Shown in pieces: positions 29,689 through 39,927 of a stretch of 64,000 bases of DNA. The notes under the pieces are model-generated. The model did no database searches. It was not told the origin of the DNA and saw nothing but the letters and a program-made list of their open reading frames with translations. The first letter of the stretch is position 1, and the number at the start of each line of letters is the position of its first letter. The position numbers were made by a program, and so were the translations under genes. This DNA is from Candidatus Latescibacterota bacterium (GTDB taxonomy: Bacteria > Latescibacterota > UBA2968), in the NCBI GenBank assembly GCA_965116885.1, contig OZ220741.1, positions 4,384,001-4,448,000 on the forward strand, read 5' to 3'.

Positions 29689-32397
29689 CTATCCCGAGCA
29701 ATTCGAGCCTGCGGCATCTTCAATGCCCTGAAGCCACGCCTGAAAGGCAGCACCAAGCGGCGCACATAGCCCTGTGTTATTAAAGTAAAATTGCTTCAGC
29801 TTTGTCAGCCCGGTCAGGCTTTGCGGAAGCGCACCCATCAAGGATGCGTTATCCTGGAGCCACAGAGTCTCAAGATTGGACAGCTTGCCCAATTCTGGTG
29901 GAAGCTCGCCACCCAACTGATTACTGTAAAGATACAGTCCTGTAAGATTGGACAGATTGCCCAATTCTGGTGGAATCGCACCTTCCAACTGATTACTGTA
30001 AAGATACAGTTCCGTGAGATTGGACAGATTGCCCAATTCTGGTGGAATCGCACCGCGCAACTGATTGGTGTTAAGAGCCAGTATCTCAAGGTTAGACAGC
30101 TTGCCCAATTCTGGTGGAAGCTCGCCACCCAACTGATTGTCGCCGAGGTCCAGGGTAGTGAGACTGGACAGATTGCCCAATTCTGGTGGAAGCTCGCCAC
30201 TCAACTGATTGCCCCAAAGATGCAATTGCGTGAGATTGGAAAGGGCGAACAATTCGGAGGGGATTGCGGTCAGTTGATTACCTCCCAGATAGAGCCATCT
30301 GAGCGCGGTCAGGTCATCAAAGAAACCATCGGGCAAGCTACTGAGTTGATTCCCTTCCAGGCTGAGCGTTGTCAGACCGGTCAGACCAGAAAAATCGCCA
30401 GACTTCAATTCTGTGAGGTTTGCATTATCCAAAATGAGAGAATTTATTGCAGATAGATGCTCCGCGGTCACATCGCCGCAAGCACTTACAGGCACTTGTG
30501 CCACAATCCTGTCGCGTACTGCATCCGTGCGGTCACATACCGACAGCCCCACTCCACAATTCGAGCCTGCGGCATCTTCAATGCCCTGAAGCCACGCCTG
30601 AAAGGCAGCACCAAGCGGCGCACATAGCCCTGTGTTATTAAAGTAAAATAGCTTCAGCTTTGTCAGCCCGGTCAGGCTTTGCGGAAGCGCACCCATCAAG
30701 GATGCGTTATCCTGGAGCCACAGAGTCTCAAGATTGGACAGGTTACCCAATGCTGGTGGAAGCTTGCCACTCAACTGATTGCTGTGAAGAATCAGTCGCG
30801 CAAGGTTGGACAGATTACCCAACTCTGGTGGAATCGCACCTTCCAACTGATTACTGTAAAGATACAGTTCCGTGAGATTGGACAGATTGCCCAATGCTGG
30901 TGGAATCGCACCTTCCAACTGATTAATGTAAAGATACAGTTCCGTGAGATTGGACAGATTGCCCAATGCTGGTGGAATTGCACCTTCCAACTGATTGCTG
31001 TGAAGAGCCAGTATCTCAAGGTTAGAAAGGTTACCCAATGCTGGTGGAATTGCACCTTCCAACCGATTGTTGTAAAGAGCCAGATGCGTGAGGTTAGACA
31101 GATTGCCCAATTCTGGTGGAATTGCACCTTCCAGTTGATTAGTATGAAGCCATAGGCCCTCAAGGTTAGAAAGGTTACCCAATGCTGGTGGAATTGCACC
31201 TTCCAACCGATTGTTGTTAAGAGCCAGATGCGTGAGGTTAGACAGATTACCCAACTCTGGTGGAATTGCACCTTCCAACCGATTGTTGTAAAGACCCAGA
31301 TGCGTGAGGTTAGACAGATTGCCCAATTCTGGTGGAATTGCACCTTCCAACCGACTGTTGAAAAGAATCAGATGCGTGAGGTTAGACAGATTGCCCAATG
31401 CTTTGGGAATCTCACCACTCAACTGAGTGTCGTTAAGCCATAGTTCCGTAAGGTCAGATAGATCGCCCAATTCTTTTGGTATCTCGCCACCTAACCGATT
31501 TCTTTCAATATCCAGTACCCTGAGATTGGACAGATTACCCAATTCTGTTGGGATTCCACCATCCAACCGATTATCGTAAAGAGCCAGGTGCGTAAGATTA
31601 GACAGGTTGCCCAATTCTGTTGGAATCTCGCCATCCAACCGATTGCCCCAAAGCCATAGTTCCGTAAGTTTGGATAGGCTACCCAATTCTTTGGGAATCG
31701 CACCACCCAACTGATTGTCGCTAAGACTCAGGAATGTAAGATTAGACAGGTTGCCCAATTCTTTTGGAATCTCGCCACCCAACAGATTACGGGTAAGACT
31801 CAGGTACGTAAGGTTAGAAAGGGCGAATAACTCTGAGGGGATTGCAGTCAGTCGATTATCTCCCATATGGAGCCAACTAAGCGCGGTCAGATCATCAAAA
31901 AAACCATCGGGCAGGCTACTGAGTCGATTCTCTCGCAGGTTGAGCTTTGTCAGACCAGTCAGACCAGATAAATCACCCGCCTTCAACTCTGTGAGGTTGC
32001 TGCCTGCCAAACTAAGAGAATCTATCCCAGCCAAATGCGCCCCCGTCACATCGCCACAAGTGCTTACAGGCACCAATGCCACAATTGAGTCACGCACGGC
32101 AGACGTGCGGTCACATACCGGCACCACTACTGCCTGTGACGGCACTTCTTTGCCAAACGAATCGACAAATATCAAAAAGTCGGGAATACCTATCACACCA
32201 TTGCCATCCAGATCATATTTGGCCTGATAGGTCCCATCGCCACGACTTGATCCAAACTGCTCCACAAATAACAAAAAGTCGGGAATACCTACGATACCAT
32301 CTCCATCAAAGTCCGCAGAACGTGTCGTATTCGCAGAGGCATTCCCCACACATACCAGTACAGAAAGAATGGTCATAAACACCCCTCTCTTTTTCAT
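29689..32397 (-). CDS. Secreted plant-type LRR protein, paralog of 16877..19741
   Basis: Same architecture with different repeat number and order; start MKKRG with RBS AGGAG. Confidence 0.92.
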   Translation of the reverse strand: MKKRGVFMTILSVLVCVGNASANTTRSADFDGDGIVGIPDFLLFVEQFGSSRGDGTYQAKYDLDGNGVIGIPDFLIFVDSFGKEVPSQAVVVPVCDRTSAVRDSIVALVPVSTCGDVTGAHLAGIDSLSLAGSNLTELKAGDLSGLTGLTKLNLRENRLSSLPDGFFDDLTALSWLHMGDNRLTAIPSELFALSNLTYLSLTRNLLGGEIPKELGNLSNLTFLSLSDNQLGGAIPKELGSLSKLTELWLWGNRLDGEIPTELGNLSNLTHLALYDNRLDGGIPTELGNLSNLRVLDIERNRLGGEIPKELGDLSDLTELWLNDTQLSGEIPKALGNLSNLTHLILFNSRLEGAIPPELGNLSNLTHLGLYNNRLEGAIPPELGNLSNLTHLALNNNRLEGAIPPALGNLSNLEGLWLHTNQLEGAIPPELGNLSNLTHLALYNNRLEGAIPPALGNLSNLEILALHSNQLEGAIPPALGNLSNLTELYLYINQLEGAIPPALGNLSNLTELYLYSNQLEGAIPPELGNLSNLARLILHSNQLSGKLPPALGNLSNLETLWLQDNASLMGALPQSLTGLTKLKLFYFNNTGLCAPLGAAFQAWLQGIEDAAGSNCGVGLSVCDRTDAVRDRIVAQVPVSACGDVTAEHLSAINSLILDNANLTELKSGDFSGLTGLTTLSLEGNQLSSLPDGFFDDLTALRWLYLGGNQLTAIPSELFALSNLTQLHLWGNQLSGELPPELGNLSSLTTLDLGDNQLGGELPPELGKLSNLEILALNTNQLRGAIPPELGNLSNLTELYLYSNQLEGAIPPELGNLSNLTGLYLYSNQLGGELPPELGKLSNLETLWLQDNASLMGALPQSLTGLTKLKQFYFNNTGLCAPLGAAFQAWLQGIEDAAGSNCSG

Positions 32398-32540
32398 ATT
32401 CCACACTCCTTCAAAAAATGTGACTCAAATGGGATAAGTCTCAAAAGTTCTGTCAAAAGGTAGCCCCGTGATAGGGATCACAGGTCTCGCGATTCATACC
32501 GCTCGTTCATCACTTTGACAGAATTAAAATTTGTTTATAA

Positions 32541-32704
32541 TGCAAAAATCGTGCCAATGTGAGCGTTGTACCAGATAGATATATGCGTAAATAATTGTTT
32601 TCTATAAAAAAAAGAGCCAATCTGACTATATCATATCGCCGCAGAATCGTCGGATTGGCTCTAAAAAAAAGACTTTATATGGTCTAAAAGACGTACTATG
32701 GTCT
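32541..32704 (-). promoter_or_regulatory. sigma54 promoter module 2
   Basis: TTGGCACGATTTTTGCA at 32541-32557; IHF-like AAACAATTATTTA; same inverted repeat and AGAC-N8-GTCT boxes at 32613-32704. Confidence 0.88.
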
Positions 32705-32838
32705 CACATAGTCCTGAGATTATTACCCCTTCATTATTTCTGTTTGCAGGTGTAAGATATAATATTATGTTTTTCTTTCTAAGTATGAGATCCAATTTAT
32801 AAACCCGTTTTTTTTATTTTTTTCACAAGGTTCTTTCT

Positions 32839-35800
32839 ATGATCAAACCGCTTGAGCGCACGGGCACCTATCAGACCTATTCTATGGCCGACGGCCTGGC
32901 CGGAATGCGCATTGAACACATTGCCGAAGATAGCGAGGGTTATCTCTGGTTCGCCATATGGGACAATGGTGTCAGTCGCTTTGATGGAGACGAGTTCCAG
33001 CATTTTACACGGCAGGAAGGTCTTGTCAGTGACCGCGTTTATTTCATTCAAAAGGACAGTCAGAATCGGTTGTGGTTTGGCACATTAAACGGGGTCTGCT
33101 GGTATGATGGGACAAATTTCCACCATTTGAAGGATGATGGGATTGTAGGCCGTGCTGTGCAGTTCATTTACGAAGACAATGAGGGGCGTATATGGTGTGG
33201 TGGTCACAGGACGCTGGGGTATTACGATGGCACTGCTTACCGCGATTTGGTTCCGCTCTATCTTCAGCACTACGAGGAACCGCCGTCTCCTTCCTGGCCC
33301 AACCAATGTCGGGGTATTGCCCAGGATCCTGAAGGTCACCTGTGGTTTGGTTTTACCTATCTCATCCGCTTTGATGGCGTATCCTTCCGCCGATATGATG
33401 AGAAAGAGGGGTTTCCGCCGCGCCCGACGAGCTATGCCCTGGGTCAGGATCACAATGGCAACGTGTGGTTTGGCCAGCGCAGGGGCGAGAGTAAACTCTG
33501 GCGCTATGCCGACGGCGACTTTGAGGCTGTTCAGATAGAGTTTGGTGGTCCAGTGCGCAAAATTCAGTGCGATAGAGAAGGACGGATGTGGCTTAGCACT
33601 TCAATGGAAGTGCTCTATCAGGATGGTGATGGATTCAGCAGGTTTACCCAGGCAGATGGCCTACCGGATTCCGCGGTTAAAGCCGTGTTACAGGATCGCA
33701 ATCATCAGTATTGGTTTGCCACCTGGGGCGGCGTCGGTCTTTACGATGCATATAGTACCAGTGTTTTCGAAAACAAGGGGCCCAAGGGAGCCCGTGGGGA
33801 GTTATCAAAAATGCGGGACATCTCGCAGATCGTGCAAGACCGGCGAGGTGATATATGGGTCGGGTATGCCGATCCTTTTCTCAACCATCTGGCGTACAGC
33901 CTTTTTCGCTTCAATGGCGAGAAATTTGCCTTTGTAGGCACAGAGGATAACCTGGATATCAACAACTGTTTTTCTATGTACGAGGATCAGGACGGGCATC
34001 TGTGGGTCGGCAGCGGCACTGGCTTATTCTGCTACGATGGGAAGAAGCTGAAAAAAATAGAATCAGTCGCGGATTTAGGCGAAGGGGGAGTTTGTGCAAT
34101 CACCCAGGACTCACAGGAGCGATTCGTTTTGGGATATTGGGAAAATGGCATACAAAAAAGAAGAGACCTTTTTGCCAGCCCATTAAAACTCATTTACCAG
34201 CAGGACGAGGCGTTCCAAACCATTTTTGTGGAGCAGGAGGAGAAAGACCCTGTCAGCCGCATTGGCACTGTGATTGTCGGGCGCAACGGCGAGTTTTATT
34301 TTTATATCCATCACCAAAATTTCTCTGACAATGGCGAGGGTTTCGCGTGCTGGCATCCCGAAGATGGTCTCAAATTTTATGGGATTGAAGACGGGCTGAT
34401 AGACGACAGAGTTACAGATCTTATAGAAGACCGCCATGGAAACTTGTGGATCGCTACTCTGAGTGGTCTTTGTTGCTTTGATGGCAACACCTTCCGGACC
34501 TTTACGACGGAAGACGGTTTGCCGAGTAACCGCATCCGTTGCTTGCTCGAAGATCGGCAAGGGCATCTCTGGCTCGGTACAGACCGGGGTGTGGCGCACT
34601 ACGATGGTCAGGTTTTTCAGACGATCAACTCACCGCATATAGGATCGGTTTGTCGGATACTCGAAGATCGCGATGGCGCCTTCTATTTTGGTACAGCCCA
34701 AAACACTCTGGTGCGCTATCGGCAACAAAAGATCCCACCCCGGATTCACTTGCTACAAGTGATTGCTGATCAAGACTATGAGAATCTGGAGGAAGTCATC
34801 GTATCCACGGCGGGACAGCAGGTGGCTTTTGAATACAAGGGCCTGAGTTTTTCCACCCATCCCAGCGACATGCTCTACATCTATCGCCTGAATGGCTATG
34901 ATACTGACTGGCAACCAGCGACCCGAAAAATGCGGGCGCATTACCGGGACCTGCCACCGGGAGACTACACCTTTCAGGTCCGGGCGATAGATCGCGACCT
35001 CAATTACTCAGAGATCGCGCAAGTGCGCCTCTCGATCACAGCAGACCCGCGTATCGAAGCATTGACCGACGTCATCAACCGGCGAGAAAGCCAGCAGTTT
35101 ATCGGTCATAGCGCGGCACTGCGCCAGTTTCAAACCAATCTTGAAAAAATCGCATCTACCAATATGACCGTGCTGATTCTGGGCGAGACGGGTGTGGGCA
35201 AGGGACTGGCTGCGCGAACACTACACGCGCTGAGTGCCCATAGCGAGGGTCCCTTTATAGAGGTTAGTTGCGGGGCACTGCCCGGGACATTGATCGATAG
35301 TGAACTTTTTGGTCACGAGAGAGGGGCTTTTACTGGCGCAGTTTTCCACAGGCTGGGCAGGGTGGAACTGGCAGAGGGTGGTACGCTCTTTCTGGATGAG
35401 ATCGGCGATATGGCTGTGGAAACGCAGTCCAAACTGTTGCGCTTGCTGGAAGAGGGCAGGTTTGAACGCATTGGGAGCAGCGAAACGCAGATGGCAAAGA
35501 CGCGCATTGTGGCAGCGACCAATCGCGACTTAAAGGAGATGGTCCGCACAGGTGATTTCCGGGAGGATCTGTATTACCGCCTCAATGCCTTTCCGATGTA
35601 TTTGCCGCCGCTGCGCGAGCGCCAGGCGGATATACCAGAGTTGGCCGAGTATTTCAAGACTCGCATGGCGACGCATCTGGGCAAGCAAATAGCTCCTCTG
35701 ACACCTGAAATTATCGAGGTGTTGCAAAGCTACGATTGGCCGGGCAATGTGCGGGAACTGGAACATACCATACAGCGAGCCGTGGTTTTATGCCCTGATT

Positions 35801-36054
35801 CTCAAATCAGAAAGGGGAATCTGGGACTGTATGGTTCTCAAATCGAAGATACAGGTCATAAAGGGCAGACCTTATCGGCACCTCAAGATCAAGAAGTCGT
35901 GTCTTTAGCAGAAATAGAGCGGCGCCACATTCTCGACGCGCTCGAAGCCACCAAATATCGGATAAAGGGACCCAAGGGCGCGGCGAAGAGGCTTGGCGTA
36001 CCGCCTTCTACGCTGTATGGAAAAATAAACAGACTGGGCATCAAACTAAGCTGA
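32839..36054 (+). CDS. sigma54-dependent activator with beta-propeller/Y_Y_Y sensor, paralog 2
   Basis: Same motifs as 20149..23367, including GAFTGA. Confidence 0.95.
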   Translation: MIKPLERTGTYQTYSMADGLAGMRIEHIAEDSEGYLWFAIWDNGVSRFDGDEFQHFTRQEGLVSDRVYFIQKDSQNRLWFGTLNGVCWYDGTNFHHLKDDGIVGRAVQFIYEDNEGRIWCGGHRTLGYYDGTAYRDLVPLYLQHYEEPPSPSWPNQCRGIAQDPEGHLWFGFTYLIRFDGVSFRRYDEKEGFPPRPTSYALGQDHNGNVWFGQRRGESKLWRYADGDFEAVQIEFGGPVRKIQCDREGRMWLSTSMEVLYQDGDGFSRFTQADGLPDSAVKAVLQDRNHQYWFATWGGVGLYDAYSTSVFENKGPKGARGELSKMRDISQIVQDRRGDIWVGYADPFLNHLAYSLFRFNGEKFAFVGTEDNLDINNCFSMYEDQDGHLWVGSGTGLFCYDGKKLKKIESVADLGEGGVCAITQDSQERFVLGYWENGIQKRRDLFASPLKLIYQQDEAFQTIFVEQEEKDPVSRIGTVIVGRNGEFYFYIHHQNFSDNGEGFACWHPEDGLKFYGIEDGLIDDRVTDLIEDRHGNLWIATLSGLCCFDGNTFRTFTTEDGLPSNRIRCLLEDRQGHLWLGTDRGVAHYDGQVFQTINSPHIGSVCRILEDRDGAFYFGTAQNTLVRYRQQKIPPRIHLLQVIADQDYENLEEVIVSTAGQQVAFEYKGLSFSTHPSDMLYIYRLNGYDTDWQPATRKMRAHYRDLPPGDYTFQVRAIDRDLNYSEIAQVRLSITADPRIEALTDVINRRESQQFIGHSAALRQFQTNLEKIASTNMTVLILGETGVGKGLAARTLHALSAHSEGPFIEVSCGALPGTLIDSELFGHERGAFTGAVFHRLGRVELAEGGTLFLDEIGDMAVETQSKLLRLLEEGRFERIGSSETQMAKTRIVAATNRDLKEMVRTGDFREDLYYRLNAFPMYLPPLRERQADIPELAEYFKTRMATHLGKQIAPLTPEIIEVLQSYDWPGNVRELEHTIQRAVVLCPDSQIRKGNLGLYGSQIEDTGHKGQTLSAPQDQEVVSLAEIERRHILDALEATKYRIKGPKGAAKRLGVPPSTLYGKINRLGIKLS

Positions 36055-36110
36055 CCACGCATGTATTTCAGTTGTTCACCAACACTGACTATTTCCTATT
36101 TTCTCACCTC

Positions 36111-37667
36111 TCACGCACCTGCCACCTTAAAGGCCGTGATATTGCGGATATCCTTGCTGAACTCTACCCCGATCAGGTGAATAGGCTGATCCAGACCCCG
36201 ATATTTTTCCGCATATCCCTTTGCTTGCAATTGCGCCATTGCAGTCCCTTCAGACGCCAGTTCCACCACCTTGAACTCGAACAGATACACAGTGTCGTTG
36301 AAACGAACCGCCATGTCCAGACGCCCATCGCTGCCACTGTCTTCCACAACGATGTCGAAGCCCACCGATGCGAAGTAGGAGTAGAACACGCTGGCGTAGT
36401 AGCCTTCGTAGTTCGCTATGTCATTGTTTGTGTGCCACTGGTAGGGAATGCTGGCGAAGAACGCCTTGAACAGGTTTTTTAGGCCAGCGAAGTCATTGAC
36501 CAGCAACAGGTCGTATAAACGGGCACTGTGCTCTGCCTGTTGCGCGGGGCTTCCCGTCAAATGGTTGAGCAAGCTTTCGTTCAGGCTCTGGCGTACTTCC
36601 TGGTTTGGGTAACTCAGACGGTAGTAGGTTCTGCTACCTCGCGGTTCGGTTTGGATAATCGTGAGATAGCCGGTCTGGAACAGCAGGGCTTCGGTGGCGA
36701 TATGGTCAACATCAAAAGCCGACAGCAAATCATCACTGCCCAGCATGTTGTCCAGAGCCAGCGCACCGACCCCGCGCGATAGCAGCGTCTCGACTAAGAA
36801 TGTCGGCGTGCCGGTCTCAAACCAGTAGGCTTCGAAGTTGCGTCGCCGGAATAGCAGGAGGATGTCGAAGGGGTTATAGACCTTCTCATCGCCCCGCCAG
36901 CTATAGCCGTTGTACCAGTCGCGGATCTCATCCCTGTCCAGATCGGGAAGTTCCGGTGCAAATACCGTATCCAGATCCACATCAGTGTAGCCACATATAG
37001 ATGAATAGCGCGTATCCAGCGTGATATTGATCAAGTTGTTGAGGCCAGAGAAGATGCTCGCTTTGGTGAATTGGCTGACGCCCGTGAGGAAGGTGAAGTG
37101 AATGTGTGCGTCGCAGTCTTTAGTGGTGGCGTACAGACTGTGCAAAAAGTCGCGATTAGCCCGGGCGACTTCGGGCACCGCCAGCGCGTCCAGGATCGGC
37201 TTGTCATTTTCATCAACCAGTAGTACAACGCGCTGACCACTTCGCTCGTGGAGCACTTTCATCAAGTGGCGCAAGCGGGCTGATGCGTTTTCGTCGCGCG
37301 GGCTGACCTTTGCTTCGTTTTCCAGAGCGTCCAATTGCACCGCCACTTCCTTCCGCAAGTCGTCCGGCCCCTGATAGTTGCCACTGCTGAAGTCGAATCG
37401 CAGGACAGGATAGCGAACAGACCAATCCCAGTGGTCGTGGATGTACAGCCCCTCAAACAGCGGCTCATTGCCCTCAAACAGTTCCTTCAGAGTATCCAGA
37501 AACAGGCTTTTGCCAAACCGACGTGGACGCGATAGAAAGTAGTGCTTACCTTCGTCTATCAGTCGCTGAATGTGGGCCGTTTTATCGACATAGTAGCAGT
37601 TTTCCTCTCGTATCTCGCGAAAGGTCTGAATGCCGATAGGCAACTTGCGTCTGTCTGATATGCCCAT
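36111..37667 (-). CDS. AAA-ATPase-like protein with C-terminal PD-(D/E)XK nuclease domain
   Basis: LPIGIQTF, YYVDKT, SRPRRFGKS, WYNGY, YNPF, GRLDM..YLFEFK..A..Q...KGY motifs. Confidence 0.9.
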   Translation of the reverse strand: MGISDRRKLPIGIQTFREIREENCYYVDKTAHIQRLIDEGKHYFLSRPRRFGKSLFLDTLKELFEGNEPLFEGLYIHDHWDWSVRYPVLRFDFSSGNYQGPDDLRKEVAVQLDALENEAKVSPRDENASARLRHLMKVLHERSGQRVVLLVDENDKPILDALAVPEVARANRDFLHSLYATTKDCDAHIHFTFLTGVSQFTKASIFSGLNNLINITLDTRYSSICGYTDVDLDTVFAPELPDLDRDEIRDWYNGYSWRGDEKVYNPFDILLLFRRRNFEAYWFETGTPTFLVETLLSRGVGALALDNMLGSDDLLSAFDVDHIATEALLFQTGYLTIIQTEPRGSRTYYRLSYPNQEVRQSLNESLLNHLTGSPAQQAEHSARLYDLLLVNDFAGLKNLFKAFFASIPYQWHTNNDIANYEGYYASVFYSYFASVGFDIVVEDSGSDGRLDMAVRFNDTVYLFEFKVVELASEGTAMAQLQAKGYAEKYRGLDQPIHLIGVEFSKDIRNITAFKVAGA

Positions 37668-37796
37668 CTCTTATCTCCAGATTGTGATGTCAGCACGGTC
37701 GCCCTGCCCGATACAGTATTATACCGTTTTCGCTATCTATTTGGAAGTCAAAACTTTTCGTTTTTCTGTGCCTACATCTATTAGGCGGATCCGGAT

Positions 37797-37980
37797 ATGT
37801 GCGCTGAGGACGATGCGGTTGTTATTGAGGTAGAGGATAATGGGGTAGGGATGGATGAGGCGACCCGGCAGTGTCTTTTTGAGCCGTTTTTCACGACAAA
37901 AGATGCCGACCGCGGCACGGGTTTGGGATTGTCGATTATTTACGCCATTGTTCGCAATCACGATGGGGAGATTACTGTGA
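37797..37980 (+). pseudogene. Histidine kinase HATPase_c fragment
   Basis: IEVEDNGVGM...LFEPFFTTK...GTGLGLSI...H.G.I.V with no upstream kinase domains. Confidence 0.8.
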
Positions 37981-38212
37981 GCTGGTTGTTTTCGATCTGC
38001 CAAGTTCCTTTGCCGCCTTGATCATCTTGCCACGTGCCGTCCGAGTTAAAGCGCGTTTCAAGCCTTGGCGCATTGTAAAATTCGAGATCGCCGAAAGCAA
38101 AACCCACAAGCCTCCACGTCCCTACAAGCTCTTTCTCTGGACCCGTCAGGTTGTCACCGCATGCTAATAGCGTACCCATTATGATAACGGATATTGCAAG
38201 CACTTGTCGCAT
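37958..38212 (-). pseudogene. Lipoprotein, lipocalin-like, probably 3'-truncated
   Basis: Lipobox LLAC; LVGTW...F.SDGT..GTW pattern; runs into the HATPase fragment. Confidence 0.55.
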
Positions 38213-38331
38213 GGTATTTGTCCTCGTAAATTAAAATCGCAATGTGGCCTTTGTCCGTACTTGCCCACGGGTAGGGGAAATTCCAAAAGACAATAATGTA
38301 TTGAAGGGATAAGGTTGACGTAGCCAGTCCA

Positions 38332-38556
38332 TCACGCAAAGTCACCCAGGAGATACCCTTTAGCGGCAGCTTCAACACGGGCGACTTCTCCCTTGTGAAG
38401 AAGGGCAAGCGGTTCTGCTCCGTCGAGTGCGTCGTTTGGCACGGTTAGCCAATACCATGCTGCATCGGCGTCGCCGTCGAATATCTGTTTGATACGATCA
38501 AACCCTTCGGGAGGCTGCATGTGTTCGTTCTGTATAATTATTTGTTGCATTTCCAT
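38332..38556 (-). CDS. MbcA/ParS/Xre antitoxin C-terminal (DUF2384-like) domain protein
   Basis: IFDGDADAAWYWLTVPNDALDGAEPLALL...V; RBS AGGAGG. Confidence 0.75.
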   Translation of the reverse strand: MEMQQIIIQNEHMQPPEGFDRIKQIFDGDADAAWYWLTVPNDALDGAEPLALLHKGEVARVEAAAKGYLLGDFA

Positions 38557-38680
38557 TTTGATCCTCCTGTGCTTGATGCTTATTCTCAGAACTTCCTGAA
38601 ACAAGGATACAGCAACGTCTGAACCAGGACATAGACGGCTTTCCCAGTCCACAAACGCGATCGGGGGACTTCTGCAAAGG

Positions 38681-39847
38681 CTATTGCTCCTCGCCGTTCA
38701 CATAGGTTACTTCCTCTACAGGTCCGTCACGATAGTACCGATAGATCCAGCGTCCGTGCGGCTTACCGTTCACATAGGGCCCTTTGATCATTCTCCCGTT
38801 CTTCGTATTCAGGACCCATTGTCCGTGCTTCTTGCCATTCACATAAGATCCTTCTTCCCTCCTCTCATGTTTCGGAAACTCAAAGAAATAGCGTCCGTGC
38901 AATATGCCGTTCATATAGTTTCTTTCCTCTACAAACTCCCCATCCGCTCCACGCTTGACCCATTGTCCGTGTTTCTTGTCGTTCGCATAGGATCCTTTGT
39001 CCACTACACCCATGGCCAAATACTCGACCCATTGTCCGTGCTTCTTGCTATTCACATAAGATCCTTTCGATGCAGGCTCGACCCATTGCCCGTACTTCCT
39101 GCCGTTCTGGAAGTGTCCTATTTCTTCGGTAGTATATTCAGTATCATTGTACACCTGCGTAACGATGAGCGTTCCCTCGCCTTCAGCAAGGCTATCGGAA
39201 CACGCGCCAGACCAGGTCATGGTCTCGTCCTTCTGAAGATAAGGATTCCAGAAGTAGCATTCAGGCTGGTTGGCCAACGCCATCCAGCAACTGGAGCCTA
39301 CAGGCTTTCCAACACATGTTCTATCGGGGGAGAACTCAAATTCCACAAGTTTCTCCTCAATCTTGAGCAACAATACCAGTGCTTCCTTGTAGGATTTGCC
39401 CTCCGTCTCTGCTGAGAGATACTTACTCACCAACTCAAGCGCGACCCTGATTGAATCTGCTGGAACGGGAACCTGTTCATACTTGAAGAAGGTAGCCTGT
39501 GCATACTGGAAGTGGAACTCGTCCGGCAATATAAGACTGTGCTCTTTTTGCAACGCGATGAACCTGTCGATGATGTTGAGCGCAGTGATATAGTCTTTTT
39601 TCTCAAGTAGCTGTGCCACTGCATCCTTGAAGTAGAGATTGCCCGTCAATGTGAGATTGTGCTCTTTTTGTAGCGCGATGCTCTTTTCTACCAGGTTGAG
39701 CGCAGCTTCATAGTCTTGTTTTTCAAGTAGCTGTTCTGCCTGCACCAGATATTTGTCCGCGATGACCTTTGGCGGCAGTTGGGCGGATGCAACCGTGGAG
39801 AATTCCAATAAAAATAGGATGAAAATACTTCTGATCATTCTCTGCAT
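38681..39847 (-). CDS. Secreted QLPPE-module, Cys-rich and MORN-like repeat protein
   Basis: Signal peptide; duplicated TPR-like segment; CVGKPVGSSCWMAL..QPECY; G.Y.N.KKHGQWV repeats. Confidence 0.85.
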   Translation of the reverse strand: MQRMIRSIFILFLLEFSTVASAQLPPKVIADKYLVQAEQLLEKQDYEAALNLVEKSIALQKEHNLTLTGNLYFKDAVAQLLEKKDYITALNIIDRFIALQKEHSLILPDEFHFQYAQATFFKYEQVPVPADSIRVALELVSKYLSAETEGKSYKEALVLLLKIEEKLVEFEFSPDRTCVGKPVGSSCWMALANQPECYFWNPYLQKDETMTWSGACSDSLAEGEGTLIVTQVYNDTEYTTEEIGHFQNGRKYGQWVEPASKGSYVNSKKHGQWVEYLAMGVVDKGSYANDKKHGQWVKRGADGEFVEERNYMNGILHGRYFFEFPKHERREEGSYVNGKKHGQWVLNTKNGRMIKGPYVNGKPHGRWIYRYYRDGPVEEVTYVNGEEQ

Positions 39848-39927
39848 GATTGATCTCCTGCCATTATCACCTATATGGGTTGAAATATCGTTTTCTAACA
39901 GCATGATGGCCCTCAAAACAGGCCAGT

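Larger units (their letters stand above)
29399..36072. repeat. Copy 2 of the duplicated LRR/sigma54-activator module
   Basis: Collinear with 16587-23385; both copies end at gctgaccacgcatgtatttcagt. Confidence 0.9.

Noticed and set aside
16877..31800. CRISPR-like repeat array
   Set aside because: The 72 bp and 66 bp periodicities are in-frame LRR coding repeats, and there are no cas genes.
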